A DNA stretch of 64,000 nucleotides from the human T2T-CHM13v2.0 reference genome, Homo sapiens: assembly GCF_009914755.1 (NCBI RefSeq), contig NC_060931.1. One strand, 5' to 3'. Each line of letters starts with the position of its first letter. Positions within the stretch are counted from its first letter, which is position 1. Below are positions 14,062-31,129 of this stretch, one piece after another. The position numbers and the translations under genes are program-made. Under the pieces are notes generated by a model. That model was not told where the DNA came from and searched no databases. It saw only the letters and a list, made by a program, of their open reading frames with translations.

Positions 14062-16114
14062 CTACAAGCCATTTTAAAGTGAAATTCTGAATTCAGTATC
14101 TCACTTTTGACAGATCTTATTCATACCTTCAACAAGCTACCTTAAGAAAACATCTGAGTAAGTGTGATTGGTTCAAAAATGGTTATTTCAGGTAAAAAAA
14201 ATCAATTTTGTAGTATTACAGTTCCATACATTAAGGTGAAATTTTCCTTCATTATAAGTTCAAAATCCTTCTGATCACAGGCCATTGAAGTCAACACTAA
14301 AAAAAAAGATGCTAAGATCCAATTGGGTGTTCCCTAAAGATGAAGGAGGCAGAGAAAGACTATCATGAAATAATTGATATGGATTGCAAATTAATATTAG
14401 TATACCCTCAGGAGAGTTACATATTAGATACTTAAGGAAATAAACAAGTTCTCCAAGATCCCCTAGATGAGACTCAATAACCCAAACAATGTGGGTTGCT
14501 CTAATTTGTGTCTTGCTCTAATTCACAAGGAAAAACAGTTCCTGTCAAACACAGTCTCCATGCAATGCTTCCTCAGGCAATACCCATTGACTTCAATTGC
14601 TATGATGAAAGTTCTCTCAATAATAGTTGCATCTGAACTTTAGAAGAGACATTTCATGTCTGACAATTTTTCCCTTTATCTTTTTTGGAGTCCCATTGTA
14701 AGACAGTTTTGAAGGCCATTACCAGAAGAACTGCCTTAGTGAAACCGCTTTAAAATATAGTTCAATGGTGGGCAGTTAACCAAACCTTATATTTACTCCA
14801 AAACATCCTTTCTTCCACACAATTGCTACATGGGGATGATTGCAGCATATGAAATTAGTGCACAAGTAAAACAAATGTCTTCTTGATGAGACCAACATCT
14901 GAACAAGATAGATAGTCCACACATTGGTTTGCAAAAGCCAAGGGACTGGCTGAAAATCAAAGCAAATGTATGAGCCAAAGAGACGGTTTATAAATTGTGT
15001 CACACCTTCCAGTGCCTCAAGCAGAAATTTGGAACCTAGGCATAAAAACAAAAATGAGGACACAGGGTGACAAAGAGGAAGTAGTATCCAAATAGGTGAA
15101 GGGTAGGTCAACTGGTCAAGCCCAGTACCTATCAGTAGAGCTAGAAGATAAGACAGGAAGGAAATGCATGTACACACAAACATGTATGCTGCTTTAAGAA
15201 AAAAGATTCCACTGAAACTACGTATATTTTTGGAATTCTATATCAGGGCATGAAGCTAAAAAATACTTAAGAGAACATGAGACATCCAAAATGCCAATGC
15301 AAGGAGCTCTGCAGACTCCGTCCTCATTGAAACTAGTGAAAAGTATTTTAAGAACCATTAAAAGCCTCTGAAAATTGTCCTAAGGACATTCAGCAAATGA
15401 AGAAACATTTATTCCAGAAAATCTACTACATTTTGGTAAGAACAGACTCTGTAGTACTCAAGCCGTGACCCGTTTCTTCTTCTATACTCCAGCCAGCTCA
15501 GTGTAATGGATGCTCTACTCAGAGTAGGTATGGCTAAAAAGATACGGCCCCCTCACCCCAAGTTCCCAGTATGAAGGGCAGACTGCCAGCATTTCCTATG
15601 CCCCTCAGCACTATGGCACAGAGGCTAAAATCTATGCAAGTGTGGACACGAGGTTGAGGCCCACCTCTTTCACATAGTTCCCACCCATGCCCCAGAATAC
15701 TGGGGCCCTGATCACTCTTTTTCCAGCTCACACATACGGCAGTTTTCATACCAGGGGAAATAAAAGACCAGAGTCTTCTACTGCCCTCATGTAGATCACA
15801 GAGTAGGGAGTTTACTCCAAAAAAAATAGTGCACTGTGCCCACCCACAGTTTTAAAGCAGTGATGTGGTGATTTTTCCTTTTTTTTTAATTTTTTTAAAT
15901 TTTATTATTATTATACTTTAAGTTTTAGAGTACATGTGCACAATGTGCAGGTTAGTTACATACGTATACATGTGCCATGCTGGTGCGCTGTACCCATTAA
16001 CTTGTTATTTAGCATTAGGTATATCTCCTAATGCTATCCCTCCCCCCTCCCCCCACCCCACAACAGACCCCAGAGTGTGATGTTCCCCTTCCCGTGTCCA
16101 CGTGTTCCCATTGT

Positions 16115-19834
<3,720 letters not shown>

Positions 19835-19882
19835 TTATTTTGCTCGTTAGTTGATGCAGTTTCTTCCTAGCCTTGATGGTCT

Positions 19883-20899
19883 TTATAATTTGGCATGATT
19901 TTGCAGTGGCTGGTACCGGTTGTTCCTTTCCATGTTTAGTGCTTCCTTCAGGAGCTCTTTTAGGGCGGGCCTGGTGGTGACAAAATCTCTCAGCATTTGC
20001 TTGTCTGTAAACTATTTTATTTCTCCTTCACTTATGAAGCTTAGTTTAGCTGGATATGAAATTCTGGGTTGAAAATTCTTTTCTTTAAGAATGTTGAATA
20101 TTGGCCCCCACTCTCTTCTGGCTTGTAGAGTTTCTGCTGAGAGATCCACTGTTAGTCTGATGGGCTTCCCTTTGCGGGTAACCCAACCTTTCTCTCTGGC
20201 TGCCCTTAACATTTTTTCTTTCATTTCAACTTTGGTGAATCTGACAATTATGTATCTTGGAGTTGCTCTTCTTGAGGAGTATCTTTGTGGCATTCTCTGT
20301 ATTTCCTGAATCTGAACGTTGGCCTGCCTTGCTAGATTGGGGAAGTTCTCCTGGATAATATCCTGCAGAGTGTTTTCCAACTTGGTTCCATTCTCCCCGT
20401 CACTTTCAGGTACACCAATCAGACGTAGATTTGGTCTTTTCACATAGTCCCATATTTCTTGGAGGCTTTGTTCGTTTCTTTTTATTCTTTTTTCTCTAAA
20501 CTTCCCTTCTGGCTTCATTTCATTCATTTCATCTTCCATCGCTGATACCCTTTCTTCCAGTTGATCGCATCGGCTCCTGAGGCTTCTGCATACTTCACGT
20601 AGTTCTCGAGCCTTGGCTTTCAGCTCCATCAGCTCCTTTAAGCACTTCTCTGTATTGGTTATTCTAGTTATACATTCGTCTAAATTTTTTTCAAAGTTTT
20701 TAACTTCTTTGCCTTTGGCTTGAATTTCCTCCTGTACCTCGGAGTAGTTTGATCATCTGAAGCCTTCTTCTCTCAACTCGTCAAAGTCATTCTCCGTCTA
20801 GCTTTGTTCCATTGCTGGTGAGGAACTGCGTTCCTTTGGAGGAGGAGAAGTGCTCTGCTTTTTAGAGTTTCCAGTTTTTCTGCTCTGTTTTTTCCCCAT
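19883..20899 (-). pseudogene. L1 ORF1p, inactivated
   Basis: ATGGGGAAAAAACAG start at 20899 and terminal TAA at 19885-19883, a span of 1017 nt. In-frame stops are present, e.g. TAG at 20014-20012 after ISEGEIK. ORF-track fragment 20012..20629 is ORF1p (WDYVKRPNLRLIGVPE). Confidence 0.92.
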
Positions 20900-21482
20900 C
20901 TTTGTGGTTTTATCTATTTTTGGTCTTTGATGATGGTGATGTACAGATGGGTTTTTGGTGTGGATGTCCTTTCTGTTTCTTAGTTTTCCTTCTAACAGAC
21001 AGGACCCTCAGCTGCAGGTCTGTTGGAGTTTGCTAGAGGTCCACTCCAGACCCTGTTTGCCTGGGTATCAGCAGCGGTGGCTGCAGAACAGCGGATTTTC
21101 ATGAACCGCGAATGCTGCTGTCTGATCGTTCCTCTGGAATTTTTGTCTCAGAGGAGTACCCGGCCGTGTGAGGTGTCAGACTGCCCCTACTGGGGGGTGC
21201 CTCCCAGTTAGGCTGCTTGGGGGTCAGGGGTCAGGGACCCACTTGAGGAGGCAGTCTGCCCATTCTCAATACTCCAGCTGTGTGCTGGGAGAACCACTGC
21301 TCTCTTCAAAGCTGTCAGACAGGAACACTTAAGTCTGCAGAGGTTACTGCTGTCTTTTTGTTTGTCTGTGCCCTGCCCCCAGAGGTGGAGCCTACAGAGG
21401 CAGGCAGGCCTCCTTGAGCTGTGGTGGGCTCCACCCAGTTCGAGCTTCCAGGCTGCTTTGTTTACCTAAGCAAGCCTGGGCA

Positions 21483-21974
21483 ATGGCAGGCGCCCCTCCC
21501 CCAGCCTCGCTGCCACCTTGCAGTTTGATCTCAGACTGCTGCGCTAGCAATCAGCGAGACTCCATGGGCGTAGGACCCTCCAAGCCATGTGCGGGATATA
21601 ATCTCCTGGTGTGCCGTTTTTTAAGCCCGTCGGAAAAGCGCAGTATTAGGGTGGGAGTGACCCAATTTTCCAGGTGCCGTCTGTCACCCCTTTCTTTGAC
21701 TAGGAAAGGGAACTCCCTGACCGCTTGCACTTCTCGAGTGAGGCAATGCCTCGCCCTGCTTTGGCTCGCGCACGGTGCGCTGCACTCACTGTCCTGCGCC
21801 CACTGTCTGGCACTCCCTAGTGAGATGAACCCAGTACCTCAGATGGAAATGCAGAAATCACCCGTCTTCTGCGTCACTCAGGCTGGGAGCTGTAGACCGG
21901 AGCTGTTCCTATTCAGCCATCTTGGCTGCAGCCGTGTTAGGGCCACTCATGATGCAGTTAGCCACTGGGGTTGA
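21483..21974 (+). CDS. L1 antisense ORF0-like frame, C-terminally extended (163 aa)
   Basis: Starts MAGAPPPASLPPCSLISDCCASNQRDS, the primate L1 ORF0 N-terminus, and stays open to a TGA at 21972-21974. Translation is not demonstrated. Confidence 0.45.
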   Translation: MAGAPPPASLPPCSLISDCCASNQRDSMGVGPSKPCAGYNLLVCRFLSPSEKRSIRVGVTQFSRCRLSPLSLTRKGNSLTACTSRVRQCLALLWLAHGALHSLSCAHCLALPSEMNPVPQMEMQKSPVFCVTQAGSCRPELFLFSHLGCSRVRATHDAVSHWG

Positions 21975-23542
21975 TGTGGTGATTTTTCACAAGTAGAAGA
22001 CAAAGGATGTGAGAGTAGAGAGCTATGAAGCTCTCCCAAAGGGAACTCACTTTATTTGGAAATTCAAACCTAAGTGTACTCTCAAAAGAGATCATCATGG
22101 TAAGCAATTAAAAGAATGCTGGAGATACATGAGCACAAAAAGCTAAACTGTAGGACAGTCAGTTTACCAGTGAAAGCCACGGGAAAACAAAGCCAACAAA
22201 AGCTCTCCTGGGATTAGGAACAAACCTCAAAAACTACCCCTGCAAAGGGGCTAGAATTTAACTGAGACTACAAGGGATATATGCCCAAGGCATTATCAAA
22301 AATAAAGGTGAGCAATTAGCACACAATGAGTGTAGCTTAACAGCTAGGTGAGATATCAAAGGCAGACAATATAATAGAGGTCAGGGAAGGAGACAGTCAA
22401 AGAGAGCCCCACTGAAACCTTTATCATTCTAGGATGACTATATAATACTCAAGTGTCCACCCTCTGAAAAAGCAACATCAGAAGCTTTTCCCTGTGAAAG
22501 TAAAAGACATCACTAAAATAGGCCAACCAAGTCATAAACAAATAAGCAAACAAGTCATGCATCCAAATAGGAAAGTGATATCCTCCAGGGATGGGGTGGG
22601 AGGGGAAGGGCAGGCAAGAGGAACTGCCTATGAGAAGGCCCCACCCATATATCAAACTTAGCAGATAAAGACCTCAAATCAGAATCAGCTATTATAAATA
22701 CATTCAAAGAACTAGAGGAAATTACACTTAAAGCAGTAAGGCAAGGTATGACAATATCACTAATGTTAAGCAGTTTAAAAATACAGAAATTCTAGAATTG
22801 AAAAGTATAACTATAATGAACATTTATAAAGGAGCTCAGTGACAGGCTTGAACTAGAGAGGAATCAATGAACTTACACTTAGATAAATAGACGTAATACA
22901 ATCCAAACAAATGAGAAAAAAAGGATGAAGATAAATGAACAGAGCCGCAGAATAAAGGACACCATTAAGTACACAACAATTTTGTATTGGGAGTACCAAA
23001 AGGAAAGATGAGAAAGAAGCAGAAAAAAAAAATTCAAGGAAATGACTGGTAACCTCACAAAATAAAGGAAAAATTAGTCTTCAAGAAGCTCAATGAAGTC
23101 CAAGTAGAAAAATCAGAAAAAAATCCACATCTAGACACATCATAGTAAAAGTGCTGAAAACCAAAGTCAAGGAAGAAAATCTTGAAAGCAGCTCAAGAAA
23201 AATGATTAGCAAGAGAACATCAATATTAACAAGTGACTTATCAGAAACAATAAAAGTTAGATGGCAGTGGGGTAATAGTCACTAATAGGAAAAATATCTC
23301 ATATCCAGCAAAACCAGTATTTCACACATGAAAGCAAAATGAAAACACTTCCAAAGAAACACAGAATTTTTGCTAACAGATTCATCTTAGAAAAAAGTAG
23401 CAACAAATGTTCAGCCTGAAGGACATTTGAAGACAGTAATTCTAATTCACATTAAAAAACAAAGTGTACCAGTAAAGATAATGTAATTATAAAAGACAAT
23501 ATAAATGTATGTTTCTCTTTATATATTGTTTTTAAAAGCAAT

Positions 23543-24311
23543 TATGGAACCTGAGAGTTCCCTGACCCCCCCTCACAGGACCTGCAACAGGAGTGTGGCT
23601 CATCTGTTTGGCTGCCATACACTCAAACCCCTTATGGGATGGGGAGCACCCAGATGGGCAGGTGCAGTAGCCAGAGCGAGCGCTTTTGGGCTCCAGCCGC
23701 ACAGTAGCGTCTAGGGGTGGGTACCCATGACTCCTAAAGCCCCAGTGGGCATGCATGTTACAGTGCTCCTTTAGCTCTGCCGTCCACAGACAGCTTAAAT
23801 GTTAACCAGCTCAGTGCCCTCTTGGTATCCAGGTCCCTGTCCAGTGTCCAGGAAGAATCATATCATACATGAATTTGAACGTTGGTGAATGTGGGGGTTT
23901 TACTGAGTGGTGGAGGTGGTCTCGGTAGGATGGATGGGGAGCTAAAAGAGGGATGGGGTGGGAAGATGATCTTCTCCTGGAGTTTGGCTGTCCAGTGGTC
24001 AATCTTCTCTCTGACCACCCCCAGCTGAACTCCTCTCAACGTTCAGATGCTCTTTTTCTTCTTCTCTGCCGTGCTGTTCTGCCATTCTGCTGCTCTTTTG
24101 TCTGTCTGCTCTTCTGCTCATGGAGCCTGGGGTTTGGGGCTTATGTAGGTACAGGATAGGGAAGGTGTGGCAGGCCAAAAGGCAACATTTGGGTGTGAAA
24201 ACAGGAAAGTCTGTTCCCATTTAGGACCATGAGTTTCTAGGCTTGAGGATGGGGCCTTTGCCAGTGAACTGTCTTCTTCTACCCAGTATTTCCCTGCCTC
24301 CTATCTGTATA
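23543..24311. mobile_element. ERV1 solo LTR (MER52/LTR1/LTR27-28 group)
   Basis: GC-richer block in A-rich L1M, with CTCAAACCCCTTATGGGA, GGAGCCTGGGGTTTGGGG and terminal CCCAGTATTTCCCTGCCTCC. Ends are approximate. Confidence 0.65.
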
Positions 24312-24529
24312 AATTATATTGAACAATAGATACATAGATAACTGATTAGTCTATAACATATTGAACTGTGTATATTTGATGAAAACAGCAAAAAGGAGGT
24401 GGATAGGGATAAAGGTGTACTGGATTAAGGAAATGACACCAGATGGCAACTTGCACCAACAGGAACAAATTAATTAAAAATGACAGGCAAGGAAGTTAAT
24501 ACAACAAACTCTATAAATACATACTTGCA

Positions 24530-24834
<305 letters not shown>

Positions 24835-24875
<41 letters not shown>

Positions 24876-24900
24876 TATATGTATATACACACACACACAC
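24835..24900. repeat. Compound (TA)n-(CA)n microsatellite
   Basis: ATATAT... interrupted by AC/GT and ending in a CACACA run. Confidence 0.95.
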
Positions 24901-24949
24901 TTGCTCACTTTTCATCTTCTATAGATAGCAAAATATAAACTAATAATTA

Positions 24950-25005
24950 TTAGGTTGGTACAAAACTAATTGCAGTTTTTACCATTACTTTCAATGGCAA
25001 AAAAT
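24950..25005. mobile_element. MADE1 (Hsmar1 MITE), partial
   Basis: TTAGGTTGGTACAAAACTAATTGCAGTTTTT matches the Hsmar1 TIR. The second TIR is truncated. Confidence 0.75.
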
Positions 25006-25754
25006 ATAATGGATTGTTGGGTTTCTTACATAGATATAATATGCACAATAACAGAACAAAAAAGAGGAAAATAGAGCCATGTAATTTTTAAATATCTCAC
25101 TGGAATTAAGGTAGTAAATTCTGAAGCAAATAAATGTTTGCATGTATACTGTAGGTCCTAGAGCAACCACTAGCAATGAAACTCAAAAAATTAGAAAATA
25201 TAAAGGAAATAAAGTATTACAATAAAAATTTTCACTTACTACAAAAGAAAGCAATAGGAGACATGAAAAAAGTAAACTAGCAGACAAATCTAATTATATA
25301 TTAAAACGAATGGATCAAAAGGCAACAACTGTCAAACTAAATTTTTTTTTAAATCTATCACATGCTGTCTACAAGAGACAACTATGATTCAAAGACACAA
25401 ATAGTTTGAATTTAAAAGATGTCCAAAATACAAGCAAATATGAACAAAGCTGAAGAAATAAACAATCCAACAATATTTGGAAACATCAATATTCTACTTT
25501 CGATAGTGGCTAGAACTAGGCAGATCAACATGGAAACAAAAGACTTGAAAAATACTATAAACCAAATAAAACTAACAGACATCTATTAAACATACCACCC
25601 AACAACAGCAGAATACCTATTTGAAGTGCACATAGAACATTCTCTAGAACAGACCATATGCTGGACCATAAAACAAGTTATAAGAGGATCAAAATCATAC
25701 CAAGTATAGTCTCTTAGAATAGAACAAAATTAGACACAAAGTTGGAAACTAATT

Positions 25755-26044
25755 TATTCTTTTCTTTCTTTGTTGGGGGAGGCAAGGTCTTGCTCTGTCC
25801 CCCCAGGCTGGAGTCCGGTAGCACAATCACAGCTCACTACTGCTTCAGCCTCCTGGGCTCAAGCAACCTGCCAGCCTCAGCCTCCCAAGTAGCTGGGACT
25901 ACAGGCATGTGCCACCCCACCTAGCTAATATTTGATAGAGACAGGGTTTCACTATGTTGCCCAGGCTGGTCTCAAACTCCTGGGTTCAAGCAATCTGCCT
26001 GCCTTGGAGTCCCCAAGTGGGCATGGAGCAACCATGCCCAGCCA
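25755..26044 (-). mobile_element. Alu (AluJ-like)
   Basis: Reverse Alu with CTCCTGGGCTCAAGC and degenerate TSD AAAGTTGG. Confidence 0.88.
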
Positions 26045-26315
26045 AAGTTGGGAATTTAAAGTATGTGGAAAATTAATACTAAAAAAAAAAATGAGCCAAA
26101 GAAACCACTAGCAAACTTGAAAATACTTTTAAATGAAAACACAAACAATATGAAAATGTATGGGGTACAGCTAAAGCAGCCCTTTGAGGAAAATGTATAA
26201 CTGTAAATGCCTATATAAAAAGATTCTAGACAAGTGTAATTTTTCACCTTAAGACACTGGGGGAAAGAAGAACTAAAATTAAAACAGACAAAGAGTAAAC
26301 AAAAGAAATAAATTA

Positions 26316-26670
<355 letters not shown>

Positions 26671-27690
26671 TCACAACCTTTGACGAAAAAAAAAGGCAAA
26701 TTAATAAAATCGGAAGGTAGTGACATTTCTATCAACCTCAGAGAAATAAAAAGGAACATAAAACTACAAACTATATTCCAGCAAATTAGAAAAGTGATAA
26801 AATTAACATATTCCTAGAAAGACAATTAACCAAAATTAACTTGATAACAGAAAGTCTGAATAGACCTATAAAAAGGGAATTGAATTAGTAATTTAGAAAT
26901 TTTTCACAAAGAAAAGCCAAGATCCAGAAGGCTCCACTGATGAACTATGCCAAAAATTTAAAGAACAGTTAATACTAATTCCTCAAACTTGTCCAAAAAA
27001 TAGAGAATGCTTCCCAACTCATTCTGTAAGACCAGTATTATCCTAATACCAAAAACAAAGACTGCACAAGAAAAGAAAGCCAATTAGGGATATTAGTTTG
27101 TAAACAATGCAAAAACAGATGCAAAAATTCTCAACAAGATACCTACAAACCCAATTCAGCAACATATAAAAAAGCGTTATACACCATGACCAAGTGGGAT
27201 TTATCCCAGGAATACCAGATCGGTTCAACATATCAAAAAAAAAGTCAATGTAATAAACCATGTTAATAGAATAAAGGACAAACATATGAACATGTCAATA
27301 GGTGCATAGAACTCATCTGACAAAATCCAACACCCCTTTGTGAGAAAAGCACAAAAATTAGAAACAGAAGAGATCTTGCTCAACCTGAAAAAGAGTGTTT
27401 GTGAAAAATCCACAGTTAAGATCATGCTTACTGGTAAAATACTGAGTGTTTTCCCTTTATGATCAAGAGTAAGCAAGGAAATCCACTGTTGGCCATTTCC
27501 AGTAAACACTGTAATGGGAGTCCTAGCTAGGATAATTAGGCAAGAAAATGTAATAAGCTATCCAAAAGAAGTAAAGCTATCTCTATTTGCAGATTGCATG
27601 ATCCTGTATATAGAAGACACTAATGAAGTGTCTTCTAACTATTAGAAGAAGCGAGTTGTCAGCAAGGATACAGAGAACAAGCCTAGTATA

Positions 27691-27691
<1 letters not shown>

Positions 27692-27746
<55 letters not shown>

Positions 27747-27748
27747 TC
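27692..27748. repeat. poly(A) + (TA)n microsatellite
   Basis: Uninterrupted A run followed by TA dinucleotides. Confidence 0.95.
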
Positions 27749-27879
27749 AGTTTACTGCTAGCATATAGAAATACAACAATCCAAAAATGAAATTTAAAAA
27801 ATTCACTCACAAAAGCATTGAGAAGGCCACTTAAGAGTAAATTTAGTGAAGAAGTTCAGAAGTTACTACAAAAACTCCA

Positions 27880-29620
27880 AAAAAATGTCCTGGCTTCTAA
27901 TGGCCAATGTCTCTACTTAGCTACTTTTACCCATTCCCTCTCAAATACGTCTCTACATTTAGTCTTCTTCTTTCTGTCCTGCCTCCTCAATTTCCAGACT
28001 TCCATTTAATTATGCTTATTAATATACAAGTATGCCATGACTTCTGCCATCATTAAATCAATTCTTTCGATATATATCTTCTTCCAGCTAATAACAAGTT
28101 TCTTCACACAAGTATAAAGCCCAACTCTGAATTATCTGTATAAGAGCACATCTCCAATTTCTGTCTTCCTATGCTTTCTGGAATCTATTTCAATCAGGCC
28201 ATTATCGCCACACCACCACAAAAATACATTTAACCAAGGTCACCAATGACCCCCACGTTGCCAAATCCAATTAATAGTTCTTAGTCTTCTTGAGTGTTTG
28301 TTCACTTAGTTTTCAGAAATCATTCTCAACCACACCCTCTCATCTTCCCAAACTAACTCCTAGGTCCTTACTTTCTCAGACTGTAAATGGTAAAGTATTC
28401 CAGAGCTGCATCCTCATACTTCTCTATTGTTAAATGGGAAAAAACTTAGACAAGTTTGCATTTTAATCGAGCTTGAGCAAACAAAACCAGCAAAACAAAA
28501 ATGACTTGTGAATCACACGGCCCTCCAAACCAGAGCAGTTTTGGAGAACTCCAATAACATAATCTGACAGCATTTATAGGAAATGGAAGTGCTGTGTAGA
28601 GATGACTTAATAAGTTACAGCTTAATTTAAGGTTACAGGTCCTCCTGCAATTAACTAATGCTCAGCTCCTGAAGTTAAACTCTATATTGGTTTGGTCTGT
28701 TAGGCTTAGTTCAGGAGCCTAGTCGAAGTCAATGGCCTCCTATAAATTTTATTTAACACAATCTACAGTCATTCTATTAATGACCACATGAAGTCCCATG
28801 ACTTTAAACACCATCTACATGAGAACTTCCAAACCTATATATCCAGCCCAGAATTCTCTTGAATTCTGGATTTGCACTTCCAAATGCCTGTTTAACATTT
28901 CCACTTAGTTCAAAATGCATACCTCTACTGCAACAAATTGAACTCAAAGTTTTGGTATTACCCACTCCACAGCCTCCAAACCTGTTCCTACAGACGGCCA
29001 TCTACACAAACATGAACTCTATTCTTCTCGTTATTCTTGCCCAAAATCTTGAATGCTGTCCTTGATTTCTCCCCCACTCTTATAATTCAGCCCATCAGTA
29101 ATCCAGTCCCTGTCAACTTCAAAGTATTCCAAATCTGCCCACTTCTCACTGTCTCTGCTATCCAAGTCCAAGCCACCCATCCTCCCTCTGAGATTAGTCC
29201 AGTAGCCTCCCAATTGGTATCTCTTTCACTCTTGTCCTTCCACAGCCTATTCTTCACAAAGCAATAGAACAAACCTGTTCATGATGAGTTAGATCATGTC
29301 TCTCTTCTGTTCAAAATCTTCCAAGAGCTTTCCATCTCAAAGAACTAGTCAAGTTCCTTCCATTTAATTCAACTTAAATAACGCTAAAAAATTCAGTTCC
29401 TCATTTCCACTAGGAGCATTTTAAGTACTCAATAGCCACATGTGACTAGTAGCTTAGGTACTAGACAGTGGAGTTAGCCTATTTCCATCACTGCAGAATG
29501 TTTTATTGGACAGCAGTGCCCTAGAATGTTCACTCCATGACTGCTGTCTCTCCAGCACCTAGAAAAGTGCCTAACACATAGCATGCACTCAGTAAATAAG
29601 GGTTACATTAGTGAATCAGT
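27880..29620. mobile_element. L2 fragments with nested LTR-like (28428-28758) and MER3-like (about 29360-29520) elements
   Basis: L2-like CAAGGTCACCAATGACC and AGCACCTAGAAAAGTGCCTAACACATAG. Nested block bounded by TGTTAAA...TTTAACA. MER3-like CTCAATAGCCACATGTGACTAGT...ATTGGACAGCA. Confidence 0.6.
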
Positions 29621-31129
29621 GTTGTAGGTCTTAGAGATACTGATTAGGCCACACAAAGAAGTCAAAGTGTCACTAGGTAATACACATATGTCTTCATGAT
29701 ATTTTATACAGCAGCAGCATCTGAAGAAATTTCAAGATGAGGTCAAACCAAATCCCACTCCCTCAGTAAGACACCTAACTTGCTTCGATAGAAGCACCCT
29801 GTATTTGTAGTCTATGAACAACAATGCAAGTCTCATTCATGCCACTTAATAGCTGTGTTATTTGTAACAAGTTCATCTCTGCTTAATTAATATTCTTTTC
29901 TATTAAATGAAAAATTTTAACCAGGTATTTTATTTCAGGCCCCTTCAGCTTTAGTACTATAATATTTTATGAGGAAAGCCCCCACATGTCAAAGCTTCCA
30001 ATCCAACAATTCACTCTAAGTTCTCTCAATAGCCATCATACCCCTACAGAGTAAGAGTTATGTGGTGGCAGTTTCCCAAACCAAAATAGAAATGTCAGCC
30101 TTACAAAATGGCAGAATATTATATCATCACCCATGCAGAAAACATCCATCTCAGTAGAGCGCATGGGCAAACAGTAGTCTTACATTCTTCATATTTTTGT
30201 CCTGCTTTCACACAGCTACCTAGTTCATATGATAGACTTATATTATCTGAAAGACCTAGACAACCATATTCCAAGCATTATGCTTTGCATAATGAGGAAT
30301 ACGCAAAATGCAATCCTTGCTCTGAAAGGGTTCAGTTTTGGTGGGAGGGAGAGGGTAGATGCACTCCCTCCGGAGACCAGTTATTAAATGCTGAAGTGCT
30401 ACAAATACACTGTGAACTCGTTTCCCTCATCTCAGTTACTTGATGAATATAAGCCATTAATAAATTGCTTTTGATATTTTAACCTCACTTCCTATTATGA
30501 AAACTTCCTAATAGTTTCTCAATACTATATTCACTCATTTTTATGACTTTTAAAGAATTACGTAGTTTAAATAAAAACTTGAACACCCTCTCATACACCC
30601 AGCCTCCTCCCCTACCCAACAAACAGTGAAAAGCAGACAGGCTCACAATATTCTCTTTCCACCTGGATACTCCAAGTAAGAATCTCTTAATTACTCTATC
30701 TTTTCTCTAAAAAGTATTCTTGTACTTCTTTAAACATTTCTTGACCACTTTTTTTGTACTATGTATAAAGAAACAATCTTGTTTTAAGGATTTTAACAAA
30801 TAAGATAGATCTTGTCAAGGATCTTAAAGTCTCATGAACATGACAGATTAGGAAGCCAACAACTATAAGATACAATAATGCAAAATATTGGGGGTGGAGA
30901 GCCCTGAGTTCCAGAGCAAGGTGGGAGCCTCTAACCTCCTGGAGTGGTTCTCAAATACTTGCTGGATGGATAAGTGATTGAACAAACTACTTCTTAGGAA
31001 ACATTAAAAATTACCTAATAGTTTAGAATGCATATATACACAGCAATATTAATATAAGAAAATTAAACAACAGAAGTGGTTTATGAAGTATACTTAAGAA
31101 CAGCAGGGAAAGGGACTTGATCTAGCAGT

